A stretch of DNA of 64,000 nucleotides. Origin: Spirogloea muscicola (lineage: Eukaryota). This document shows, piece by piece, positions 41,770-53,000 of the stretch. The translations under genes and the position numbers were made by a program. The stretch covers positions 1,014,311 to 1,078,310 of the forward strand of contig WELB01000023.1 in assembly GCA_009602725.1 (NCBI GenBank), read 5' to 3'. The notes under the pieces are model-generated. The model saw nothing but the letters and a program-made list of their open reading frames with translations, searched no databases and had not been told where the DNA came from. Each line of letters opens with the position of its first letter. The first letter of the stretch is position 1.

Positions 41770-44062
41770 GCCGCCTGCAGCAGCGCGGCGCCGGCTACCG
41801 CTGGCGGCGCTGCGGTGCTGGCTCCGGAGGAGCCGGCGGCGGCGGCGTCTCCCAGCAGCAGCGCCGCGCGGCTCGCCGCGCTGTCCAGGGTGGGGTCCCT
41901 GGACGTGTCGGGCCCCGTGCAGCCCTACCCCGCAGAGCTCAAGAACTTCTGGTTCCCCGCCGCCTTCTCCCGGCAACTCGACGACAAGACCTTGGTGAGT
42001 CCCCCACCGTTTCAGCTGTGCCACTGATGGCTGCCACCATCGTCGAGCAAGCCGGGCAGCTCCGGTGGTCTCGACCGAGCTTGCATCTGCTTGCTGCCGT
42101 GGGGGTTCGGTAGAGCCAGCCGCAATGCTGAAGCTGTCCGTGTGCGCCGGCAGCCAGCTCCGCACCTTATCCTCGGCGAGTCGCTCTCGCCTGCTCCAGC
42201 AGATACCGTTTGAGTGCTTCGAGGAGCCGTGGGTGCTCTTCCGAGGCGCCGACGGCTCAACGGGTTGCATCCAGGACGAGTGCGCGCACCGGGCCTGCCC
42301 GCTCTCCCTCGGCACGGTCGTGGACGGCCGCGTCCAGTGCCCTTATCATGGTCAGTGTCCTCGCCGCTCCTGCCTCTGGGATGCTCTTGCAGACTTCACT
42401 TGACTGTCGCAGCAATGCAATGCCCAACCTCTTGCCGTCAGTAGCTGCAGTCATTGATCAAGGATCAGGGGAACAGCTGAGGCCAGGATAGCTCAATGTC
42501 AATGGAGGCTCGATCGAAGTTTGGGAAGATGGCTTCTGTACCTCTGCTACCTTGTGAGGTCTTAGCAAGCCGCGGTTGCGTCCAGGCTGGGAGTACTCGG
42601 TGAGTGGCGAGTGCGAGAAGATGCCCTCCACACGGCAGAGTACCGCAAGCGTCAAGGCAATGCCGTGCGTCGAGCAGGACGGCTTGGTGTGGATCTGGCC
42701 CGGTGTTGGCCAGGCCAGCGAGAAGCTGCCATGCCTCAATCCACCAGACGAGTACACAATCCATGCTGAGGTGACCTTTCGAGCTTGCCAACGAGAATGC
42801 CCTCACTATCTCCTCCAGACGCCGCAAGTCAATCTTGTCATTCTCTGTCAGGACTCTACCAGGTAGCCATGCGATCCTCCAAAACGGAGGCGGGGTCCTA
42901 ACGAGCACCATGTGAGCGGCTTGGTGCGTGCTGCAGATTGTGCTAGAGTTGCCGGTGGAGCACGGCCTGCTGGTGGAGAACCTTCTTGACCTTGCGCATG
43001 CGCCATTCACGCACACGACCACATTCGCCAAGGGCTGGGCCATTCCAAGGTTGGTTTGCAGCCGCTTTGCTTGGGCTGCTGTTTTGAATGTCCAACACAT
43101 GCCATTTGTCTGCAAGGACAAGGGTTTGGCAGCGATAAAAGTATGGCGCATACGTTTTAACAGCATACATTGACTCCTGTGGTAGATCCTCATGGTGGCT
43201 GTTGACTGGACATTGATGGTGCGCTGCTACACCAGTGTTGACAATCACCGAGCTGACTCCAGTTGTGCTCGTTGTGGCGTTGGTGTTGCAGCCTCGTTCG
43301 CTTCAAGACGGCGGCGGCAGCAGCAATGCAGGGCGCGTGGGACCCGTACCCAATAGACATGGAGTTCCGGCCCCCATGTGTAGTGTTGTCAACGATCGGG
43401 CTGTCCAAGCCTGGAAAGCTGGAGGGCAAGAGCGCCGCCGAGTGTGCCAAGCACCTCCACCAACTGCACGTCTGCATGCCATCGTCACGGGGCAAAACCC
43501 GCCTCCTCTACCGCATGGGCCTTGACTTTGCTAGCTGGGCGAAGTACATCCCCTTCATTGACCTCCTTTGGCAGCACCTCGCCAACCAGGTACTGCTTTC
43601 CCAGACTGGTCTGCCCAGCTTGGATCAGTCATTGCATACCTTTAGCGTGAACGCACTTGGCAGTTGCATACATGGTGCAATTGTGTCATCGATTCAAGTT
43701 CTGCAATCCTGTGTTGGAATACTTTTAACGCTTGCATTTGCACATGAGGTGCAATGGGCACACTTGCCCATACTGAATCTAGCCGTCAGAGGTGGACCTG
43801 CAACACCTTAATGTCGAGGACATGCTTTGAGCAGTTGGGAGGTAGTCGTGTCTCACCTGCACACATGCCACACTTGCAGGTTCTTGCCGAGGACTTGAGA
43901 CTAGTCCTGGGCCAGCAGGACCGCATGGTGCGGGGCGCCAACGTGTGGAACCACCCCGTGGGCTACGACAAGCTGGGCTTGAGCTACCGACGGTGGCGAA
44001 AGGCGATCGAGTCGCCGTCCCAAGGCGAGGTCGGAGGCAGCCCGCTGGGCGCACCCAGCTGA
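41770..44062 (+). CDS. CAO: Chlorophyllide a oxygenase (chlorophyll b synthase); 5' part lies in the gap
   Basis: [12 protein letters not shown]…LKNFWFP, Rieske [11 protein letters not shown]…CPYHGWEY, mononuclear Fe site [35 protein letters not shown] and [13 protein letters not shown]…YDKLG. Confidence 0.97.
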
Positions 44063-44995
44063 GCGCTTGGGCGCCACTGGGTCGCTTGCGGCACTGACCT
44101 TCAGCGTATCCACCCTCATCCCAAACCTCCTGCCTTTGTGACCACCATCGCCATACCACGCTTCGGTCTTCTCCACCTTTCCACCCTCCATTTGTTATTG
44201 GATTTATGAGAGCATGTGGCTGGCCACCCTCCCCCCTCCTTAGCCCTCGTTCTTCCTACTCTCTGCCGCCTCTCCGGTCCAGGTCTCCGCCACTGGTCTC
44301 ACCTCCACATGCTTGCAAGAGCATCTTGTAGAATACCAATCTGGCAAAAATGAATTCTTTTCTTGGCAAAGCCACTTCCAGTTGCTGTGGTTGTGTGGAT
44401 GGTTGTTTGCGTGTTGTGGATAATGGTGAGCCCTTGTGCGTGCTACACTTAACCACTTCTCTTGCAAGTGGGCCGCTGCTCATCACTGCATCGCATCTGA
44501 GCTGATCCTGGTGACAGACAAAGCTTTCTCAAAGAACATCTGCTCGGTGCCGAGGATTACATGTACACCTGTGTCGCACTCCAGTCACCAAGCATTACGT
44601 AACTTGCTGTCAAAATCTATACCAAGACATCTGCTAATGCAGGCAAGGGGGTGGTATGACTGTCAGGTCGTCAAGTGAAATCTGCAGCAGCTGTCTGTTC
44701 TCTCGCATCAGATTCAGCACAGAAATTGGCAGACAGGTAGTGGGCAGGCAGCTTTTGTCTCATTTGTTCTCCTCTCCATTAGACCCTTACAAGCTCAGTT
44801 CCCGTGAGGCATGTGGTCATTCATCAATGGACTTGACTCTGTAATTCGTCAGAAGACTTCTGTATAACCAATTCAAACCAGAACGTTGGAGTAAGGACAT
44901 TTGGTGGTGATGATCATGACGAGTGTCCAGAGCTTACCAAAAAAATTAATGCACATACAACACTGCTGCAGGAGATGTCTTGCATACTGAGCTAG

Positions 44996-47900
44996 TTAAA
45001 ACAAGAAGTGGCTGGTACTTTTCCACAGTTTCACATCAGCTGTCGCGAGGAGGCCACTGTCGTCAACATCCGCATGCATGCAATTCATCCGGTGCCTGCA
45101 AAAACCACTCATAGGGCAACGAATAAGACAACTCAGGGGCCACACTGCAGTCAAACGCTTGCAAGCATTCTCTACGTCAATTACTATTGCTACCTCAGTG
45201 GCAGACTATATTAGAACGTGTCGATAAGAGACTTTCAAAAAAGTGTCTACAACTGCATCGATGCAACGTCGCGAGCTCTGATGAAGGTTCTGTAAGCATA
45301 ACATGTGTGCCCAGTATGTACTTGTGTTCCTTTGACTTGGCAATGTAGGAACACTTACCATTCAAAGTGGTCATCACATGCAATTGCATTTGTGAGTTGC
45401 TTGAGGCCCAGCGCATTCCTGGAAGGATAGCCAATCGCTGCCATCAACTATCCTATCATTTTCAGAACCAAGCCTGGCGACCAGAAACATGGACTGAGCT
45501 GTAGGAATTTAAGCGTGTTCACGACAACAGAGTGAAGAGCTTGCTTGGTGCTGGCATATGATGTGAAGCAGGAACTGAGCCACTTGATGGCATATGCGGA
45601 CAGACCAGCGACCACTTGTACTGTTGTAGTGATTGCTGTGTGTCTTGATCCAGCAGTGGTGACAGGCCTTCAAGTGGTAGATGCTCGTAATTGGGCAGCC
45701 CGCTTTGCAGCATCTCACCTGCAGTCGTTTGCCCCCCAGCTTACGCAGAAGCAAACAAGTACCCGTGCAATGACTTCAAGAGTCTACGGCAGACAGCTAG
45801 ACCATACCAATGCCCCTGATTGAAAATATCGGCCTGCTGCTGATGGCACATCCACTGGTTTGTCAAGTATCATAATCCTGAGGCAGATTGCACAGACTTG
45901 TTGTGGGCTTTCCTAAGGCCACTTGGCCATTGATATGCTAGAGCTTATTTGTGGGCTGTCATGCCATAGACTTCCAGCAGGCCGACCCACCTGGCAGCCA
46001 AGTTTGTAAGAGTATAGTGGCCATGTGACTCAGAAGCCAGCACGTGCGTCTGTAGGTGGCCTACCCTGCAGCATCCAAGAAGCACAAGTTGCGACGTTCA
46101 GCTGGCAGCTTCGATTGGGTGGACTTGAGATCAATCAGTAGGCATTGACTTGTGTTGAATAATGGTAAGTTGGTCGAGAGTCGAGCATGTACGGCAAGAT
46201 GGTCCTCTTCTTGTTACTACAGCTGCTGCAATAACCTGCTGCAAAAAATGAAAGAGCATTGTATGCACTGTGCCAGCCCCTCCCTGCTGCCGCAAACTGT
46301 GCACCGCGGATTCGCAGTTGGTAGTCTGCAGCTTTGAGGACCACAGTGGACCAATGGCCAAATCAACCACAGGAAGGTTCAGTAGGCTGCACATGAAGCA
46401 AGCAGCATCAGCATCAAGCGTCCAACCTGAGCATGCATAGAAGAAACTTCGCGCGGCTCAGAGCTTCCTTTATTAATTTCTGCAGGATGGATTTTCGCTC
46501 TGAGAGTTACACAGGTTATATGAGCAATTGATTGATGGGCTCGTTGCTGCAGGTTGCAATAATGATACCGTGTAGATTGCTCCATCTTCTCTGCCGCTTT
46601 CACATAAGATGAGATCTTTCTGTGCTTGATGCTTTGAGCCTCCACTTGTACAATCTAACGGCAGCCAGCAATCAGGTCAATAGCAGGCATAACGAGCCTC
46701 TGCTTGTCTAGCTCATAGCAGCTGACGATGGAATTATGACACAAAAGCTCACGGCTTCATACAGTACACGAGTATGTAGACAGCAACTAGGACAATGTGT
46801 TTGCAAACCAGTAAAGTAACAACAAAGTATGATGTTCTGCACTCAGTGGCAAGGAGTTGCCAGGCCATGGAAAGCAGAGGCAATGCACAGATTGGCATAC
46901 AAACATGCGAAACATAAGGGTAAAGAATGTGAAGCATAAGGGCTTTCAGTCTTTCAGCACCTTAAAAGCGGCTGGTGCAGTGCAGTCCTCCGCGAAGTGG
47001 CCAGGCAAATGGCAGACCTTGCTTCACCCAGCAGGATGGCCGTACTATGTCAAGCAGAGGTTGCACATAAGAGAGCTCGCTCACAGCATGTCAGTCACAA
47101 CGATACACACCAGTTGCCTGGAGCTGCTGAGGCACTTCCGATGGTCCTGTGGCGCTTAGAAGCCCGCCACGGCCAAGCACCGGCAGTGGCAGCCAGCTGC
47201 AGCGGCTCTTCGCCAGGGCCAGCCACATCGATCGGGCCCACAGTCGGCCCAGCGCACTGCATTGTGGCCAACAGAGGAATCCCAAGCTTGAGCTGAAAGC
47301 TTACGCCAGCAACTCAGTTGCCCAACAACCAGAAGATCAATAGCCCCTGCCCTTCAGTTGCTGCAGCGGCAGTTGATAATCCGAGACTCTACTAGCACTG
47401 CCAAAGTTGTGGATTGTAACGAGCCGGCGAGAGCAGCTCAGTTGCTCGCTTGCATGCTTGACCCAGCCTCCAGATGAGGCCCACGTGTGCAAAGCCACCG
47501 AGAGGCTATTGATATGATCCACGCTAAGAGTGAAGCACAGCAAGTGGGAGATGATGGCCAACGTTGGCACCAGGTGAGCTCTTGGCTACCTCCGCTGTCG
47601 GGGCTGTGACGTCGGCTAGGTGCTCAGCCTTGCACTCGAGGCTGCACACGTCAACCTCCGTCTGACCCGGCCCAACAATCCAGGCTTCCATGTGTCAAGA
47701 CTTGTGGGGCCCAGCAGCTGCGCATAGTCCGTCTAAGGGCATTGCCGCCACACCAAAACGGCTCCTTGACCAAGGCAAGGCTGCGCTACCGCGCCAGCGC
47801 CAGCGCCAGCGTCAGCGCCAGACTAGCGGCAGCCAGGCAGTGCTGGAATTTGATTTCACTCTACTTCTGAAACTTATGACATGCCCTGATTTTACTTTAC

Positions 47901-48138
47901 TTGCTAAGCTGATGCCGTCGAGTAAGAGCGCCGGAGGCGGCACCTGGCTGCAGATGTAGGCGCCGAATCGGCCGCAGGCGACGCACGTCGGCTCTCCGGG
48001 CGCCGCAAAGCGCTGCTGCGACCGCAGGCGAACCACCTCCTCGCCACCACCACCACTTCTCTCCTCCTCCTCCTCCTCCTGCTCCTCCTCCTCCTGCTCC
48101 ACCTCGTCCTCCTTTCCCTCCTGCTTCTCCTTCGCCAT
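44996..48138 (-). CDS. Plant multi-zinc-finger protein (DDX59-type HIT finger, CCHC knuckle, UBP-like and C-terminal Cys/His-rich regions) with an apparent frameshift
   Basis: QRFAAPGEPTCVACGRFGAYICSQ|TEVDVCSLECK, CKVCHLPGHFAEDC (~47000), CTVCGSREGLAQCIQCSFIFCSR|VGHLQTH, VRCCKAGC…ACHHC and IACDDHFEW|HRMNCMHADVDD…FLF*. No helicase motifs found. Confidence 0.75.
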
Positions 48139-48599
48139 CTCTGGCCCTCCGTAGGCCGCGGCCTTCAATTGGTCGGCGTGTCCTGCGGCACTGGGCTCAC
48201 TGGATGTCAGCTGGACTCCCAGCCGCCATCACCTATGAGCCTCGGTGCTCGCACACCTCTCATTCGGTCTTGTGGGCACGCCCCACGTAGACCATCAAAG
48301 CTCAGCGGCGCCCACTCGCTTGACGTTGAGCGCGTGCGACCGCCCCGCTTGCGCTGGCCCTCGGCGCTGGCGCTGCCGGCACCACATGCCGGGCTTGCCA
48401 CTGCATCTGCGGATGTCGCTTCCTCTACTTTACTGCAGATGGGCCACCGCTCTCGCAACCAGCAGTCTGGCGGCGCAGCAGCAGCAGCAGTGTCTGGTCA
48501 AGCCGCAGCGTGCTCCCCTCTCTTAATGAAACACCAGCAAGCTGTCAAGAATAACATGAGGCCGACATCTCACACAGTGAGATAGCCTTGCCATGCCTT

Positions 48600-49600
48600 C
48601 TACTGCCTTTCCTTCCCCTTCTTTTATCTGGGCTTGCCAATGACAGCCATCGCCCTCTACTGGAAGAGTATATCTCCCCCTTCCCACCACCAGGTGGTCC
48701 TCCTGAGCTGGCTGATATGCGGCTCCTCACTAGAGGTCACTAAGTGACTATACTACCGGGCAAGCTTTCAGTAAGCGCTCTCGGCCCCTTCGGACCTTGT
48801 CACTTCTTTCCGGGCTGGCCTTGCCCCCCTTTGCCCACCCACATGCTGCGGTGTCCCACAGGCCCTGAGGTGGTGGGCGTCCACAATCTCCTACGGGACG
48901 CCCTGGCGGGCTTGATGCGCGACGCCGGCTACCGCGCCATCGTTGAAGTGAGCAATGTAATGCCCATCACCACGGATTCCCAGGGAGGCCATCACCGTCG
49001 CACCCTGGACATTGTGGGTGTACAACCTGGCGGAGGCCCACGAGCTTTGGTTGATGTGGTGGTGACTGAGGCATACAAGAGTTCCGCTTCCACACACATT
49101 GCTGGCCACGCAGTGGGAGGTGCTGAGCAGAAAAAGCTCCGACACTACTCAGACTACCCCCGCAGTGACCACCTCCTCCCGGCCGCAATCGACACTTTCG
49201 GCTGCTTGGGTCCTCGCTTCCATACCCTACTCGAGAACATAGCGAGTCTGGGATATGCACGACGCGAGGATATGCTCCCAGCCCAGATGGGTATGCCGGC
49301 AGCCTATCTGTCATTTCTGCGACGTCGAGTGTCAACCTGTCTGCAACGAGCTCAGGCGTATGCTCTGCATCAGAAAGCTGGTCGAGCCTTAGCTGCTGGC
49401 ACAAGAGCTAGTCAATTGCCGTCCGGTATTCGAGCGTCAGCTAGCGACCTCTATGTGCTGACTCGTGGTTACTGAGCGGGTCAGCTTAGCAGCAGGTGAC
49501 GTACATTTGTCCAATGTGCTTGCCTTTGTACTTGGTCACACATGGCCTCCCCATCTCTTAATATACACGCATTTTCCTTTGGCAGAGCCACTTTCCTTCA
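48600..49600 (+). mobile_element. Tandem of RLE-type non-LTR retroelement fragments: tail, short ORF end plus tail, then a 5'-truncated copy with an intact endonuclease frame
   Basis: Hairpin tail at 48619-48668, ADMRLLTRGH* at 48710-48743, tail to ~48830, then an open frame to TGA at 49475. Confidence 0.8.
48840..49475 (+). CDS. Restriction-like (PD-D/ExK) endonuclease domain of a CRE-like non-LTR retrotransposon, truncated inside the CCHC knuckle
   Basis: Intronless frame: HMLRC-x-G…HNLLRDALA…AG…E…RRTLDIV…LVDVVV…AEQKKLRHY…PAAIDTFGCLG…LRRRVSTCLQRAQA. This matches the motif order of RLE domains. Confidence 0.8.
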   Translation, partial: HMLRCPTGPEVVGVHNLLRDALAGLMRDAGYRAIVEVSNVMPITTDSQGGHHRRTLDIVGVQPGGGPRALVDVVVTEAYKSSASTHIAGHAVGGAEQKKLRHYSDYPRSDHLLPAAIDTFGCLGPRFHTLLENIASLGYARREDMLPAQMGMPAAYLSFLRRRVSTCLQRAQAYALHQKAGRALAAGTRASQLPSGIRASASDLYVLTRGY

Positions 49601-50035
49601 AGCGCTTAGCTTCTGTGCCAAGACCGCAAGTGTCTCAAAGATCATCACTCTGCCTCTCTAATCTATTTGAAGTATGCATGGCTGCGATGCTTGCACATCA
49701 TCAGCAAGTAAGTAGCTCCTAATATAGTCAAGAATATACCGTTTCCATGTGAAAAAGTATTGTGCCTTTTTGCAAGCTGTATGTATCAAAAGTACTGGCG
49801 GAGATATAGCTGTAAATGTAAGCTATGGTGTCCTAAGTCCAACTGTGGTGTACATATACGGCCAAGAGAAGCTCTCCTCACAATGGATTGCATTGCTCTG
49901 TGGCAAGACTACAGATATTTCAAGCAGTCGAGAACTGCGCTTACTACCGCGGTAAAGCACGCGCAAGGCATATGCAGACATCGCCCGCAGCCCGATCAAG
50001 ATCGTGGCAAAGTATGACGGCTGCTGGGCGCCAAA

Positions 50036-53000
50036 TTACTGATCTCGAGCCCTGCCCTCGGCGGCCTTGGCCTGCTCAATCTCTGCCTCCAGGCGAGACT
50101 TGCGCCGCACAGCGCCATCACCCAAGCCGCTGCCGCCTGCGGCCCTGGCCCGCTGTGCAGCCTCGGTCATGATCACTGGCGAGCCATTGGCGCCCGCTAC
50201 GACAGCAGCCGCTTCACGCGCCACCAGCTCCGCCGCCCTCGCCCGCTCCACCTCCAGCTGCAGCTTCGACTTGCGCTTCACAAGCACATCGCCCAGGCTG
50301 CCACCGCCATCGGCCGCCGAAGCAGCCACCACAGCACCCACTGCCGCACCGCCCAGAGCCGCCTGCTTCGTCAGCCCGCCCTTGTCCATCGCCAGCCGGG
50401 ACTGCTGCAGGACCGCATCGCTGCTCGCCGCTGCAGCCCGCGCGGCGGCCACCTCCCGCTCCAGCCGGCTGCGGTGCTTCACGAGGTTGTCACCGAAGCT
50501 CCCCGCAGCTGCCGGAGGGCCTTTGCCACTGGTCCCGGAAGCAGCGGGCAAACCCTTCCTGGACCCCTGCAGCCACTGCTGCTCGGCGGCCGCCGCCGCT
50601 GCGCGCTCGGCCTCCAGGCGGGACACGCGCTTCACCAGGATGTCACCGAGCCCACAGCGCTCGTCGCCGCCAGCCCCATTGCCGTCGCTGCGCTTGGGGG
50701 CTTCTGCAGCAGCCGCCCTCACCTGCAGGTCAGCGAGCAGGCCCGCCACGGCCGCCCGCGTCGAGACGACCGCCGCCACTGCCGCCAGCTGGCCCGCCTC
50801 CAGGCCTCGCAGCCTTTCTGCCATGGTGACCACCAGCGGGTCCTCCTCTTCTGCTTGCTCGACGGCCACAACGGCAGCTCCCAGCGGCATGTTGGCGGCA
50901 TCTGGGCTGGGAGTCTCGCTGCTCTGCGGCTCGCTGGCCACTGCCTCAGCACCGGTCTCGACTCCTTCACTGCGCTTGTTCACCTCCACCTGCACGCTCG
51001 CATCCTGCATCTCCTGCATACTTTGCTTGCCGTCCCTCTCTGTTATGGCAGCCTCCGGTGTGTGCAGAGCTTCACTCCTGGACTCGCTGCCAACCTCAGC
51101 GACTGCCACAGTATGAGCCTCTTCCACCACTTCCAGCACAGCCACCGACTCTGCTGCAGTCACTTCAATGCCATCGCCGGGGCAGCAGTGGTCGGTGCTG
51201 GTGTTTCCATCCCCCTCAGCGGCGGCCTCCTCCTGGCCTGGTACTGGCTGCTCAATGCCAGTCTGAGATTCCATCCCAGTTGCCACTGGTAGGGACTTGG
51301 CTTCGTCCTGGCCTGCCTTTGGCGCCTTGTCGATGAGTGAGGCTTCACTTAGCTCTGGTGCAATGTCAGTGTCCTCCTGGCCCGCAACGGGCAGCTCGTC
51401 ATTGTGCATGGATTGGCCAAGCCCTGCTGCGGTCGCCACTGCTGCAAGAGTGGCAGTGTTCTGGTGGCCTGCCACTGTCTGTTCAAGCGCGGTTCCGTTG
51501 AGCTCTGTCGTGGCCCTGACCACCGCGAGCTCGAAAGCCTCCTGACCAGCAACAGGCGGCTCGTCGTCGAGCGAGGAGTTGCAGAGCTCCGGCACAGCCG
51601 CCGCCGCCTCGGTCTCGGTAGCATTCTGGCCTGCCACTGATTGCTCGCCGTGCTCAAGTGAGGCGTCGCTGAGCTCCAATGCAGCCGCTCCCACTGCAGA
51701 TTCGGCAGCCTGACAACCTGCAACTACCACTGTCGCCTCCGCTTCCACGACATTATCACTCAGCGCCTCTGCAACACCCAGAGCTGCCGCACTTGCCACA
51801 GGCCCCTGCCCTGTCAAGCCCACCTTGCCGGCAATATTGACGACCTTGCGAAGCGCGGCCTGGACGGCAATCACCACATCCTGTGGAACAGGGGCAGATA
51901 CGAGTATTAGTTGTAGAGAGTACACTTTGACTTGTTAACGGAAGCTGAAAGGTCAATCACAAGTCAACTGGCTGCCGCTTGACATTGTCTGTCAGTCAAG
52001 TGAGTGTAGGTGCTCAGGATAGTCCACACCTTCTCAACGGTATGTGTGGTGTCCACAGACAAGGAGGCAGCATCCTTAAGGTCCATGCTGCGGCTCATGG
52101 CAGCTGCCGGCAGCTGTGAGAGCCAAGTTGAGCTGCTGTTGATCAAGAGCGAGCCGCAGGATGACCGCTTCTGCGGCGGCAGCGGCAGCGCCACCCCGAG
52201 AGCCTCCGCGCGCGCGGTGGCAGCCAGGGCCTCCTGCTCGCGCTTGTCGGTCAGCACCTTTGCATCTGGCAGCACGACCCTGCAAGATTGCAGGCCACGA
52301 GAGGCACCATCAGTCGACCTCAACCTGACCAGCCTGCGGTCTCGTGGAAGTTAGATGTACTATACAGTGACGCATTACCAAAGATTAGTATAATAGAAAA
52401 CAAGTAACATCTACTCTATAGATGCACTGCCGATCCCCGCTGCATGCACTTTGGCTGGCTTTTCCAGCGGCCCCACCAAACAGAAGCGGCCCTCTTGACC
52501 TGTGCTGAGCACAGCGGCAGTCACCACCAGATGCGCTTGCGGGACTGCAAAGGGGGCGAGCTGGTCACCCTGCAGCACCGAGGATGCAGCACCACGCCAC
52601 CTCGATGAGCGCCGCGCGGCGGGCGGCGGTGGCCGCCACTGCTGCCTCGGCCGCCGCAATCTTCTCGCGCTCCACCAGGCCCGTGCGACGCCGCCCCTTC
52701 TCCAGCGCCTCGTCCAGCGGGCCTGCCGCCGCAGCATCTTGCTCCTGCACAGCCAAGCGATGCAGACGTCCAAGAGGCACAAAGTATCGGTAGCCAAAGT
52801 CAGGTAGAAGTATGTTGTCGGTTAGTCAAATTGCTTTTCACTTTGATCAAGGAGGAGACTGCTGAGCACCATGCCGGTTTGGTAATTGCAGATGAGATGA
52901 GGCACTCTGGCAGCCAATCACCTGCAGCAGCCGGATCTTGCGCTCGAGGTAGGACTCCCGCTTGGCCCTCGGGAACCAGCGCACCGGCGAGAAGGGCGCC

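Noticed and set aside
40912..42315. Long ORFs spanning N-gaps or microsatellites (also at 8.0-9.2, 28.0-28.9, 36.3-37.4 and 62 kb)
   Set aside because: Their length is an artefact of translating N, poly-T or (CT)n runs.
47590..48138. DEAD-box helicase DDX59/RH41
   Set aside because: Only the HIT finger matches. No Q motif, Walker A, DEAD or motif VI was found downstream.
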